64,000 nucleotides of DNA from Somniosus microcephalus (GCA_052327205.1 CM126220.1:50716001-50780000), one strand, 5' to 3'. Shown: positions 24,330-37,228, counted from the first letter of the stretch. Program-made: numbers and translations. Notes: generated from the letters alone by a model not told the origin.

Positions 24330-25049
24330 GTGTCATGGAGCAAGGGAGGAGCACAGCAAAGAAAGTCACAGATTATGGAAGTTTAAAAATGACAAGTTAG
24401 TTGAGTTTTGGCAGCAATCACATGTCTGACATCAAATTACATGGTGGCAAAGGCCCTTATAGGAGGTCGCCTCCGTCAACCTCTTAGTCAAACAGCATTA
24501 CATAGCATAGGAGAACAGAAAAAGAGGGAAACATTAGATGATTATCTGACTTGCAGCTTTCCCCAAATCTCCAAATGTCACTCAAGCCCAAGTATAAAGA
24601 GGTCCTAATCCAAACTTGGGGTGGAATCAGACCCCTCCCCTTTTGTTGTTGAGATTTCAACTCCATCGAAGAGCCATGCAAAACCTAGTCTTCTCTCAAC
24701 CTCTGGTGCAATATAAAGTTACGTAATAATACGTATCAAGTTGAAGAAATGAGAGAGGAAGCACCAGGTAAGAAAGAAATCAGAAGGGCAAACAGAAAAG
24801 GACATTTTCTTGGACCTTTTTTGACAAATACTTTGTGCTCAAGATGAATGTTGTCAGCATTACCGTTTGGAATAGTCCTGCATGTTTGGTGCCATTTCTG
24901 AATCAACCATTTCCAAGTCAATCAAGCACAGCCAACTGGAAAGCACAGCTCTTTCCACTTTGTCTGTATAAAACTGTATATCTGATGTATAATTGGCAGT
25001 TTCGCACTGCAGACTCAAGAGCGTTTCATAGTTGGGTTGAATCTAGCAA

Positions 25050-26850
25050 ACTAGAACAGGATGAGGGCAGATTTTGGAAACATGAGGAGCGAGCTAGCTG
25101 GGATGAGGAAGAAGAAAAATTACATGTGGGACTGTGAAGGAACAGTGGGATTTTTTTAATTTTTTTTTTATTTTTTATAAAGAGTGCAAAGCTACAGAAT
25201 AAGTAAATTCCATTGAAAAGGGAAATTACAAGTTGTTTTAAAATGCATTGATAGAGGGGGGTTGGGAACCAATTAAGATTGAAGGGAGCCTATGAAGAAA
25301 CAAAGGAGAATATAAAAAAGAAGCGGCCAAATGATGGCGTATGAAGAAAAATTTCAAAAAACATCAAAATAGTATATTACGAATAAATCAGTAAAAAGGG
25401 AATTGTTAAAAACAAAGAGGCAAGGATTGTCAATTTGTAGTTTATAATCAAAGCATGGCAGAGGTATTTACTAAAAAGGATATTGGATGGAAGGTGAATC
25501 CTGAAATGGTCAAGACCAAAATGAACGATATGATAATGGATTAAAGGAATCTTTTGCTTACTTAGTTAGGCTAAAAGAAAAAGTAGCACCAGGGACCAAC
25601 AGAATACATCCTAGGATCCTGAGGGAGATGACAGAGGATACTGCCGAGGCCCTTAATTATATTTCAGGGCTCTACTGAGTCTGGATGTGTACCAGATGAT
25701 TGGACAGCGGCCAATGTCATATCCAATTTTAAGGGGTAATTACAAGACAGTTAGCTTAACATTTGTGGTAGGGAAAATTTTGAAGTTTTTAAATCAAAGA
25801 TGAAATTACCACATATACAATGAAGAGAACATAAGAGTAGCCAGCACGCATTTCAAAAGGGACAATTGCACTCGACCAACCTCAGAATTCTTTGAGACAA
25901 CAGATGCAGTAGATGGGGAAAATGCAGCGGATGTAGTGTACATGGACTTTAGTAAAGCCTTTGACAAGGTACCACACACGAGAATAGTGGAGAAGATTAA
26001 GGGGTATGAAATTAGGGGGGAGGATAGCAAACTGTATTAAAAATTGGTTAGAATGGAAAAATACAAAACAAGGAGCTGGAGTTAAGGACAGTTTTTCCCA
26101 GAGTGGTTGGACATGGCTAGTGGTGTCCCAAAGGGTTCAGTTCAAGGGCCACTTCTATTCGCTATGTATTATCAATGATTCAACCATAAACCCAGTGGGG
26201 GTGGTGCCAAAATTTGCAGATGACTCTAAAATAGGAGGTTTTGTTGTTTCTTTAGATTTAGTGACACGCTAAAGGGATATTGATACAATGATGGATATGG
26301 GAATGGGCTAAATAGTGGCAGATGGAATTCAATGCAAGTATGAAGTAATACATTGTGGTAAAAAGGCAATACAGGAAACTGTGTTATCCGGAGGCTAACT
26401 GTCCGGAATGCTCGAGCCACCGGCAAAAATCAGGTGCCGTTTTGTTTTTTTCTTTCTTCTTCTCGTTGCTTTTTTCCCTCAACAGTCAAGCTCTGCAAGG
26501 TCTGCTGAAGCTGTTGCTAAGCTACAGAGATGCTACAGAGACACTTGGACTGTTTAGAAGCTGTTGCTAAGCAACAGGGTTTGTTGACAGATACGGAGCT
26601 CAGAAGCTTCCGTACCTTTCAACATTCACGCTGGAGTGTCCGGCAGTTTTGAGGGAACGGCAACAGCTCGGTCCCGTCGGTGCCGGATAGCACAAAGTTT
26701 CCTGTAGTAATTATACTCTGAATGGAAGTAAACTGGGTGCTGTGGAAGAGCAGAGGGAATTGGGGATACAGGTTCACAGGCAGCACCTCAGGTTGACGAG
26801 GCCATAAAAAAGGAAATGGAATTCTAGGGTTTTTTTTTTCCACAAATGGC
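25050..26850 (+). mobile_element. Old degraded CR1 ORF2, interrupted by MITE copy D
   Basis: DVVYMDFSKAFDKVPH, KFADDSKIGG; boundaries approximate. Confidence 0.75.
26372..26704. mobile_element. Tigger-like MITE, copy D (subfamily and orientation of C)
   Basis: TIRs; TA at 26370-71 and 26705-06; splits the CR1 RT sequence. Confidence 0.9.
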
Positions 26851-26992
26851 CTGTTTGCATTTTGTAACTTCTATGTATTTCACATGGGATACTTATAGCC
26901 AGTCATAAACAACATAGGAACAGAAGTAGGCCACTCAAGTCTATTTCACCATTGAATTAGATCATGGCTGATCAGTACCTCAACCCCATTTA

Positions 26993-27310
26993 CAGGAAAC
27001 TCTCGTTTAAACGGCACCTAAATATCCGGAATTCTCTATTAACCAGCAAAATTCATACTCCGAAAGCAACACCTCAATAACCGGAAATGTTGCCGAGTCC
27101 AAGTCTCCCGTGGTGGCCGAGTTAGTCAGTGTGGGTAGTTCTCCAAACTGCCACTACTCGGATTCTTGGCGCTGTCGGAAGTCCGAACACCTCAATAACA
27201 GGAGTCTGACTGTTTGTTAAAAATAGCCTCGGTAAATAACCCTTTCCGTCATCCGGAATTTTTAATCAACCGACACCATCCCGGTCCCGTTGATGCCGGA
27301 TACCAAAGAG
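26993..27310. mobile_element. Tigger-like MITE, copy E (third internal type, right TIR truncated), inside a minus-strand CR1 remnant
   Basis: TA+CAGGAAACTCTC left end; right subterminal CGGTCCCGT...GCCGGATA present, terminal TTTCCTG missing. Confidence 0.75.
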
Positions 27311-28635
27311 TACAGTACTCAAGATGGGGTCTGACCAAGGCGCTATACAACTGAAGCATAACTTCTTCCCCTTTGTATTCCAGTCCCAATCATTGTAAAC
27401 AGACTATCAACCACCAATCTGTGTTGTATTCAAAACTAGGTACAAGAGAATGTGCACTCGTCTATCTCACTTCAGTAAATAGACAGCCTCAAATTTTGGA
27501 ACTTGTTTCACTATACTGATTTCATCAGACACTACATTCTCTCTGATTGTGCCCTCACATTCAATCATTCTGAACTGCAGTCGAGGAGGCCATGATGTCC
27601 GCACAATCCCACCAGACCCATATCTACTTATTGCAGTGCAAAGCCCATATCCCATTTACCAATCCCTCCCCACTGTGCAGACGAACACAACTCTGTCAGC
27701 TGCAAGGTGGTGCATCCTCCTCTTCCTATGAAAAACAGCACCGCCACAATCAGTAGATGAAGCAGCTACAAGTCAGTGGGAACTTTTAACGTTTCACCTC
27801 TGCTTGCAGTAAAGGAAGTACCACCCTGTCTAGGACTTGCAATACATAAGCTTCCAAATTACACCTTCTGCCCACCTCTTTCCCCCCAAAATTAATTCAA
27901 ACTATCTCGAGGAAAAAGGACACAGACTAGTATGGCAAAAAAGCAGAGGTCCCATTAAACTCCTAACCAAAACCCAGCCCAGAATAATACCCTAACCCAA
28001 CAAGTCTGCCAAACAAGACCTCCCCATACTTCCAAAATCTAACTAAAGCCCACAATCAAACTTCTCCATTACCACGCACCACTCCCAGTATATACACAAA
28101 ATACCAATGCTTTCTTCTGTTAGCAACATGAAAATTGTACTCAACCATAACTTATACAGTCAATATGCAGTAACTTCCTGAAATATGTTAACATTTTACC
28201 TTGTATATTAAACCTTACTTTCTTGATCAGCATCCATAAAAATGACTGTTGGGCCTAATCCATAAACAAAGAGTCAAGTTCATCAAAAGTCTGAGAAGCT
28301 CAGATGTTCATCTCTTTTTAGTTTGTGTAAAATACTACCCACTGGAAGCACTATTGTTTCAACAGAAATGTAAAAATCAAGATATTAAGTGTGAAGAGTT
28401 ATCTATAGTCCTTTTGTAAACACCAAGAAAGGAATATGTTCTTAACATCTGCAGTAAAATGTGAAATCCAGCCGTAGATATCATAAACCAATGTACAATA
28501 TATATATATCCTACAGTATTTTTGTGTATAACAATGGCAGTGTATAACTTTAATATCCCTGCTGTCTACAATATTTTCTTGGGTAAGAGATGGTGCAGAT
28601 AGATGATTTCAGGAGCTTGCTGTGTTGCACACTTA

Positions 28636-29452
28636 GGGGTCGATTTTGTCGAACCTGTCGGGAAGGCGGCGGGGCTTTCCCCCTTTCGGGTTTCTGACCC
28701 GCCTACTTCGACGTCCGGCCAATCCGTGTGATTTTCCCTTGATTGACCTTGTTAAGCCCACCCAGCGGGCTCAGCAGGCCAATTAAGGGCCACCCGGCAA
28801 CAGGTGATGTCACAGACTGCAATTTCATGTCAAGATTTCTGACAGATGAAATATCAGTGTCTCACAGCTGTTTGAAGCTGTGAAACACTGACAGCCTGAT
28901 TCCTAAGCCGAGTCCTTCGACGCAGACTCAGTTAGAAATCTCAGCAGCACTAAAAGCTGCAGGCTGTCACTTTTGACAGATCGCAGCCGTTCAGCTTTAA
29001 GTTCCGGTTGACTGGTGCGCTCCCGACACCTACAGGAAGAAAGGCCGTTAAGGTAAGTAAAAGTTCTTTACACACTTTAGACACACCAAACACACTTACC
29101 TTTACGCTCACGCACCCATCACTCACCTGAACGCCGACATCGCGACCCCTCCAACTCATTCAACCCGACGGCCCGCTGCTCCAACCTGGCGTGGTTTGGA
29201 GCCGTCTGGAAACCCACACGAAACCCCTCAAAATGGGGATTAGGCTAAAAACTGCCTGTTAACTACCTGTTAACAGGCAGTTAATTGGCACTAATCCCTT
29301 CCTGCCTGGTTTCGGCAGGTCCCAGTGCGGGGCGGGTACCCGCCGCCCCTGAAACTTACGTGGGGCGGGATGGTGGCGGGACCCCCAAAGTCGGGATTTT
29401 CCCCCCCCACACGCCTGAAACCCCGCCTGACGGCTCCCTGAAAATCTAGCCC
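28636..29452. mobile_element. Non-autonomous PIF/Harbinger-type DNA transposon
   Basis: TIR GGGGTCGATTTT / AAAATCTAGCCC (10 of 12 match); 3-bp TSD TTA (28633-35, 29453-55). Confidence 0.75.
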
Positions 29453-29858
29453 TTAAAGTCACAATCGGGGGGAGCACCAAGTCAAGGTGAAGCATGGGTG
29501 GAGGAGAGAAAATTTAAACCAGCAGGAAACCCGGAGGTACTCGTCCACTTCTCAATAACTTGCTCAATGGTAGCAGTGACCTGGGAATTAATCCACTGAA
29601 TGTAACATGTACAAGAAAAATTTAACTATTTTAAAGCCTTCTGGCAAGAAGTATTGAAAGAGGCATTTCTCTCACAGTAAACAAATGGTTCTATGTCTTG
29701 TGAAAAGAGGCACATTTTAATTTAATTTAACTTGCAGGAAATTCAAAAACATCAATAACCTTAACCTCGACTGATAGTAGGGAAGAAGGGTAAATGCCAG
29801 TTCCTGACCAAATGATGAAGCTTTACATAATTGAAATTTTAATGCAACAGAAACTTAC

Positions 29859-30802
29859 CATTACTATTGGGCCATGGGTGTAAACTCCTGCTCCTTATTA
29901 GTGCTTCATCTATTCGTCCACCAGAAGGATTATCCACATACTGTCGACCCTGCTCCAGGGCATTGAAACACTCTGTGCAAGAATCGCTGCTATCCGCTCT
30001 CAGCTTGTCATAGTTCCAGTTTGCTGATTGAAGTGCTGATCTATCTAAGGAAATGTAGTCCAAAGAACTTAGAGAAGTGAAAGGTCCTGTACACTGGTCC
30101 TGTACAAGAAAAATTAGGTTTGACGTTAGGTCCTGCGGCCTCTTAGACCCATCAAACCCTTGGGGAACTATAGAATTCCGACACAATATCAATCGTCTTT
30201 CTGCAGCTTGACCAATTTCAGAGGTCCTGCCAAAAATATCAAATTCATCCTCAAGAAAGAGACCTGCATTATATCCAAGTCTGCGGTTTACAACAGCACT
30301 AAATCCACAGGTGCATCCAGACGGGGCTTCTTCATTGGTTGGATCTGGGATGTATAAACCAACATCTGCCCCTTTGATATTCATATTACAAACACAGATA
30401 CAGCAGCTATCAAAGTTGCGATCCTTGAAGAAATTCATCACCGAATCTGACAAGATTAGCGTAACATACAAGCTGTGTGCTTGTGGAATTGACTGTATGG
30501 TTGCTGGCTCCACTGAATTCAACGGTCGCGTTGTCGAGGGTGTCGAGGCAGGAGAGCAGAGATCAGCACTGTCGTACTTCACCGACCCCTGTCCACTGGC
30601 AGTGCCACCACCGCGAGGAGTCCGTGGTGTTCTTGGTGTACGAGGTGTTGGGACAGAGAAGCGAGGGGTTGCTGGAGATGGCAATACACCAGCACCGCTG
30701 TTACTGGCAGGTGCAGTACTACTTACTGCCAAAGGTGTGCTCATTTGAGGAGTGCTCATCTGAATATAATCCTCCGTCAGACTCCCAACACTAGGCACAT
30801 TG
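29859..30802 (-). CDS. MED13L: MED13L exon 17 (944 nt), NVPSVGSL...[11 protein letters not shown]...[17 protein letters not shown]...[15 protein letters not shown]...
   Basis: cttacag|CAA ... AATG|gtaagt; ORF 29839-30876. Confidence 0.97.
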
Positions 30803-31490
30803 CTGTAAGAACAACGGCTGGTTTTAGAAAAATATCTGTGCTGCTGGAGAATAATTGTGAAATTAGCTGTTGTCATGTGCTATACGAGACTACCAAGTAG
30901 AAGTGCATTGACACGTCAAGTATCAAAATAATTTTTGCTTACAATGGTGCACATTACAATCCCATCTCTGATATTCAGAGGATTTGGAAGTTTTTAACCT
31001 CTCGAGTCTAATTTACAGAATGCCACTAACTATAGCAAGTTAGCTAGCAATTCCAGCAAGTGTTGCAAATATATATTTAATTATTTTTATTTCCTTGTCA
31101 GTTTGAAGTGCAGTTGTACTTACATACCAAGAAACATAGGAAAATATAAATATAAAAACATGGACAGTGGAAAGTTGGCACATTTATTTTGTGAGGTAGA
31201 CTAAATAATACCTAGACTAGCATATAAACAGGATTGCAACTACTATTAATTGTCATGGGGAGAGAGAGAACTTGGTACAACTTATACTACAAAACCGTAC
31301 ACTTATATTCACACAACTTTTAAGATAAAAGACCATTCTTCCAAGCTTTAGCTTCCAAAATTAGAAATATTTTGCAATTATCTTAAATTTAAGCAGTGCC
31401 TTCCAGTTGCATGAGTGCACGAGATCCCAATGGTTTTAAACACCTGATTCTCAGTGCCATAATTTGAGAAAAATGTTTTCCAGCACTTAC

Positions 31491-31696
31491 ACGTATCCAT
31501 CCCGAATTAATGAAGCAGAAGGTGGTACAGGCAGTTGTTCGATTTTAGGAGGAATAGCCCATGATGGTCTATATATGCAGGCATCTGGTATTTTCAGTGG
31601 GGCAAGGCATTGACTGGGCACTGCCTTCAGTGGTGCAAACATTGAAGACCCGACAAAAGCCTTAGCCTTTGGGGGTTTGTGTACATAAGAGAAATC
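31491..31696 (-). CDS. MED13L: MED13L exon 16 (206 nt), DFSYVHK...[11 protein letters not shown]...[14 protein letters not shown]...RDGY
   Basis: Read by hand; gttacag|GAT ... ACGT|gtaagt. Confidence 0.95.
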
Positions 31697-31900
31697 CTGT
31701 AACAGAGCATCAAATAAGCCTATACTTTAGAAATATACTTCTAGTAACCAAAAGAACAAAGTAACACACAATTTCAGGATTTAAAAAAAGCATGGATCAA
31801 AAATAAAATTTTAATAATGCCCCAGTACACAACGTTCTGACTACAATTTTTTCCCCACCAAATAGCCTTAATATTCAACTTCTTTTTTCCTTCTACTAAC

Positions 31901-32121
31901 CGTTATTTCTTCAGGTTTAGGGCTGCCCAGTCCATCTTCCACCTCCATTTTGAATTCTGTGAACTGGGGTGCAGTCATGCTGCCCATTGGATTCTCTACA
32001 CTGTTCATTCCTGCAGGCATCTCTGAATTAACACCATCTTTGTAGCTCATTACTGGAGAAAATGCTGGATGTTGCTCCAGAGATGGAGGGGTCGGAAACA
32101 TTCTTTGCAGGTCTGCAACAG
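31901..32121 (-). CDS. MED13L: MED13L exon 15 (221 nt), [22 protein letters not shown]...[11 protein letters not shown]
   Basis: ttccag|CTG ... AACG|gttagt. Confidence 0.96.
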
Positions 32122-32453
32122 CTGGAAGGAACCAACTATGTCAAACACTTGTTTGTTATTGCAAACAAATTTAAATTTAGAATCACTTGTTTCTAATCAT
32201 CCACTACCCAGAAAGAGCTTTAAATATTGGCCTCAATATTATTTTATATTCCTCAAAAAAAAATTACCAACTCCACCCTAGCAAGGTTTAAAAATGTCAT
32301 TATTCCATATTGAACATCTTCCTGAAAAAACTGCATTGAATTTTGTAATAGTACATGCAAATTATATTTTTTCTGAATATTCCAAATTCTAAAACCTGTA
32401 ACATTCTCAGGCCCAGAACATGAAAAATGTTGACAAACACTACAAATGCTTAC

Positions 32454-32547
32454 TTGGAGGATAAGGCCCTGTAGTCTTCACATCTTTTCCCACAGCCCTG
32501 TCTTCTGACCCCGCATTTGCTTGCTTAGACCGTGTTGGGGAAGAAGT
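32454..32547 (-). CDS. MED13L: MED13L exon 14 (94 nt), TSSPTRSKQANAGSEDRAVGKDVKTTGPYPP
   Basis: Read by hand; gttgcag|ACT ... CCAA|gtaagc; phases fit exons 13 and 15. Confidence 0.88.
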
Positions 32548-32989
32548 CTGCAACAGACAGAATATTCTTTTGATAAACCATAAATAAAGCGGTTTGTTTC
32601 TGAAACAAAATTCTGGTAATATTTCAGGTTTAGTTTGGACATTTCAAAAATGTAAGAATTGTGGGGCAAAAAAGTCAAATGTGCAATAATTGAAAAAAGT
32701 GTGCATTTCAGCAATATTTAGTCCCAGTGTATTCTCATTACGAGCAAGCATGTACAATGCAGTATTACGTTATGACTCAACTGTGACTTATTTTTAGTTG
32801 AAGCAACAAAAAAATTAAAAGCCCAACTGTTTACAAACAATTTTTTTCTTTTCTATTCCTCTCTCAAAATTGACATTTCTAATTCTGTAGTAGTGCAATT
32901 CTTCATGGAGCAATAATACAAGAATTAGAGCTGTCTCAAAGCTGTAGAAGTAATTACAAATCACACAAACTTGCAATTAATATTCTCTG

Positions 32990-33800
32990 CAGAACTCTCG
33001 AGTTGTCTAAATGTGTTTTGCTAGGCCTCAGTCCCTATGTTCATTCACTGACTGTTCTGAAGATAGGCTATGTTCGAGAATGTGTGTTATCAGCAGCAAC
33101 ATCAGGCAGCATGCAGAGAGCTTGGAAGACAACCTGGCTTAGGTTTGGCAGCACATCAAACGGCAAGGGCCAGAAATCTAATTGAGAAATGGCATCATCT
33201 GAGGCTAGCATTCCCATGTAGACCAGCAAATGCACCGTGGAGTTGTCCTTTCTCTTCACAAGTTGTGTAAGAATGAAACATTTGATGTTGTAATTAGTAA
33301 TTAGGATTAAAGATCTTCTTGTAAGAGGGGCAGAACAGTTGTACAACAGGTCAGAATTTGGTGACCTGTACGAAAAGCTTCAGGATTCAGGTTTCAAAAA
33401 ATAGTTTCCCATTTGTCACCAAGTATTCCAAGAATCTCCAAATGTGTCTACGATCTTTCTGTGGTCTTCTTCAGTCAGAATATCAACGAAGAGTTGGGTT
33501 TGACACCATATTTCCGGGTTTCTTCTCTGGAATGCAGCTCAGCAAAACCAATAGTGTAAAGCGATGGAACACTTCAGTGCAAGATAAATCCTGTGCGTCA
33601 ATGGGCAAGAATTCTAGCTGCTGCCATGCAGCTGCGAAGGGCTGCAGGTTTTCAAATAAGGACTCCATTTTCATTCTGAATATCTGTCCAGCTCTGCTGT
33701 CACCAGCTACTTCAGAGCATCTGCATGAGGACTTCCATGCTTTAGCAACACCAACATTTGGAAAGCCAAAGCAGCACTTGCAGTTCAAATCCAGGTAAAA
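32990..33800 (-). pseudogene. Probable ancient hAT transposase fossil (stops and frameshift)
   Basis: Ordered resemblance to hAT motifs: KAWKS (cf. TRWNS), LQPFAAAWQQLE, LDFW...PNLSQVVFQALCMLP (cf. C-terminal dimerisation domain); no TIRs seen. Confidence 0.45.
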
Positions 33801-34639
33801 ATACATTTTTAAAACTTGTTTTTTATTGGAAGATAATGATGACAATAAAGAGGTAAAAAGTCAAATATTGAAATAGCCTGAAGGGGAAAAATGGAACCTT
33901 TCCAGAGTTAAAAAAAAAATTAAATAAAAGCTGAAAATGCAAAGCCATAGTCATAAAAATTGGCAAATTTCAGCTCAACCAACAATTCAGAGAAAATCTT
34001 TGCTCAGGTATATTTAGATATATTTAAATCTCATTAAAACAAAGTGCAACATTGAGAGATCAGATTTGACAGCCTATTTGAAATTCTGATCAAAACAATT
34101 TAACTGCTTTGTAAAAATGGAAATACACATACATAAATAGACGTAACATTTAGCTGTCCATTTGTGAGTAATGTAATACTGGGTTGAAAATAATCCAACA
34201 TATTATCTCATTGCTTAGCTAACTTTTTCTTGCATTAAGTTGACAGACAAACTGAAACAACAATTTTAATAATCTAATTCTGCTACATTGACAGAACCAA
34301 ACTAGACAACATGAGTAACTCACATTGGGCATCTGATTAGTTTTAGAACTTCAATACAAAATATGGAAATATTTTTTGGGAGGCTAAGTAAAAACCAGTA
34401 GGTTTCTACAATGCTACATTAACATGTGGATTCATTCATTTCCACAAGTAGCACTGAATTGTCAAAGAGTGTTTGGGAGCTTACTAAAGTAACAGAAGGA
34501 CAGCATTACATACTCTTCAAACAGGCCAACGTCATCAGAGGTCATTTAGTCATGTTTAAATCTCATGAGCAACTGATACTCAAGGTGACGTTCTGTTTCT
34601 TTATTATGCTGACTTTTGTAAATATATAAATGCTCTTAC

Positions 34640-34761
34640 CCCATTCTCCTCATCATCAGAGTTGTCAAAAAGATTGTCCAGATCATTCAAAGATACCACT
34701 AGATCAGTCTCTCGTGTGAGGCTTGCAGGAACTGTCCGCCCTGTTGGAGACTGTCGTGTTT
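34640..34761 (-). CDS. MED13L: MED13L exon 13 (122 nt), ...SLTRETDLVVSLNDLDNLFDNSDDEENG
   Basis: Read by hand; tctttag|AAA ... TGGG|gtaaga. Confidence 0.93.
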
Positions 34762-34900
34762 CTAAAGAAAAAAACGTTCAGCATTCTAAAACTCTAGCTT
34801 GGTAAATAAAATAAACTATCTTGTAAAGTGTTCTTTTGGATTGCATTAGTCACTCCTGAAAGTATCAGATGCTCTTAAACACATCAGGAATGCCAGATAC

Positions 34901-35003
34901 CTGATTTCGGAGCAGTGCTAAAAATAGACATGGCATCTTTTCCGTCAGGCAACTGTGTAGCGTGACTTGGTGGAGTTTCCCTAGTACCAAATCCATCTTC
35001 AAG
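34901..35003 (-). CDS. MED13L: MED13L exon 12 (103 nt), LEDGFGTRE...[16 protein letters not shown]
   Basis: Read by hand; ttttcag|CTT ... TCAG|gtatct. Confidence 0.92.
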
Positions 35004-35055
35004 CTGAAAAGGAAAACAATGTATCCTGAAATAGCTTAGATTTGTCTACAAGGTA

Positions 35056-35499
35056 AAAAGAAAGACTTACATTTATATAGTGCCTTGCAGATGTCCCAAA
35101 GCGCTTTACAGCCAATTAAGTACTTTTTGAAGTGCAGTCACTGTTATAATGTAGGAAACGCAGCCAATTTGTGTATAGCAAGCTCCCACAAACAGCAATG
35201 TGATAATGATCAGCTAATATCTTTTAGTGATGTTGATTGAGGGATAAATATTGGCCAGGACACCAGGTATAACTCCCCTGCTCTTCTTCGAAATAGTACT
35301 ATGGGATCTTTACGTCCACCGGAGATAGCAGACTGGGCCTCGGTTTAACATCTCATTCCAAACACGGCACACCTCAGTGCAGCACTCCCTCAATATTGTA
35401 CTGGAGTGTCAGCCTAGATTTCTGAGCTCAGGTCTTGGTGGGACTTGAAACCACAACCTTCCGACTCAGAGGCGATGGTGCTACCCACTGAGCCACGGC
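35056..35499 (-). mobile_element. tRNA-derived Deu-domain SINE (SacSINE1/AmnSINE1-related) with L2-like tail
   Basis: Head GTGGCTCAGTGG...GGTTTCAAGTCCCAC; central ATCTAGGCTGACACTCCAGT...GAGGGAGTGCTGCACTG...GTTAAACCGAGGCCC; tail TATATAAATGTAAGTCTTTCTTT. Confidence 0.75.
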
Positions 35500-35829
35500 A
35501 AGTTAATTATGCAGTGACAGAAACAAACTGCTGCAACTTTTCATCTGACCCTCAGTCAAAAACTCCAGAATATATTTCTCCTCATATTTCCTTCAGATAA
35601 ACATTCCAGGCTAGCTGGTTTCTTTTGGAACGATATTAGTACCACAGGTTCAGGAAAAAAAATCAGGCTCTATGAATTATTCCATTCTATGCATTTGTAT
35701 TTACCCTCTGGACCCTTAATCAAGATTTCCTTTTTTAAACGGTGTGCAATACACAACTAATTGCTTTAAATTATCCACAATCTGTAACAAATCTTATTTG
35801 AAGCTCATCAATTTTATAGTTGTGTACCC

Positions 35830-36500
35830 ATAGCTCAAGTTAAATAACCACAAAATCTGTTGCTCTTAGCCCATTATCTTCAAAATTACATGGTCTGAAG
35901 TATAGGGCACAAAACTGGATGACCAAACTATCCCAAATGCAGCCTCACCTATGATTTAGATAGGATCAGAAAAGTTTATTTTGACTCTACTCAAATGACC
36001 CTTGGATGCATCTAGTATATGAATAACCCTGTTGATAATAGCTTCAAAATATAATAAATGCATACTTTCATTAGATATCCCTTCATGATGTAAGATTCAA
36101 GTTTCAAGAGGACAGAGAACATTCCCACAGAATCCCTGTAATCAGGGCCCTCCAATGTGATTTATTTTTGGTTATCTTCTGCCTTCTATTGTTAAGCAAG
36201 TTTAATATAACCCTTAATCTTTTTGTAAGATGCTTATCTGGAATCTTATCAAATGCCTTCTGAAAATCTAAATATATGATCCCCGATTTGCCAAATAATT
36301 TAATTAACTCCTCAAAGAATTTTAGTAATTTGAGGAATGACATTGATCCTAAATCCATGCTTATTACATCTTGTGGACTTTATGCTCTTTAGATAAACAC
36401 AGAAGAATGCTCAAGTATTTTCTTCACAAGAGATGTCGGGTTAACTGGTCTGTAACTCCTGGGTTATGGCTCACGCCTTTTTTTTTTATAATTAGGCGTA
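35830..36500 (-). mobile_element. Highly degraded CR1 RT fragment
   Basis: IYLDFQKAFDKIP. Confidence 0.6.
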
Positions 36501-37228
36501 CATATGTTTAACACACACTCAGTATATGATGATCAATATACAAGCTATCAATTTTTATTGAAATAGTGGAAAACTTAAAAGGTGACTGCAATAATTCCTG
36601 TTACCTTTGGGAGTGATTTCTCTCTCCATCCACATGCATACTTGCAAGCACAAGTTAATGCATTTTTGTCAAAACACTCTGTACATTGTGTCCTATTTAA
36701 ATCTCACAATAAACACTTTTCAGTCAATCAGTACTTGACCAAAATGAGAAACACATTTTATTCAGTTGACTCAATAATAGGATTGTATATGTACATAAAG
36801 CTTAAGCTTCAAATATCTGGATTTCTGCAGTATTCCAGTCTTTTCCACCTCAGCATAAATTATCAGGTCAAGGGCAGAAAAAAATGGGAGTCAGAGACAA
36901 CAAATGTAAATAAATAGCTCATCCTTGGGGAATCTACTAGAGAGGTAGGTTTGAAACATGGAAAAGATTATGGCATCTTACGTAGTTCTGAAGAAAGTCA
37001 GAATAAGAACAAATGGGTAATTTTGCTGCTATCGATGTAGCAAGCTTGCCCAAAATGTCAAAGATACAGCCAACTACAAAACAAAGTAAATAAACCACTC
37101 CCTTTGGATGCCAGAGCATTCTGTGCATATATGCCTAAAGTCACAACAATATGCTCCTGGATAGAACAGCAATCTAAAATAAACCTAAAGACCAGGCAAG
37201 ATTTTAAACACGCTTTCCTCAGTAATTG

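Noticed and set aside
31487-31494. Tandem GTGT donor at exon 16
   Set aside because: Only the downstream GTAAGT is strong and keeps frame with exon 17.
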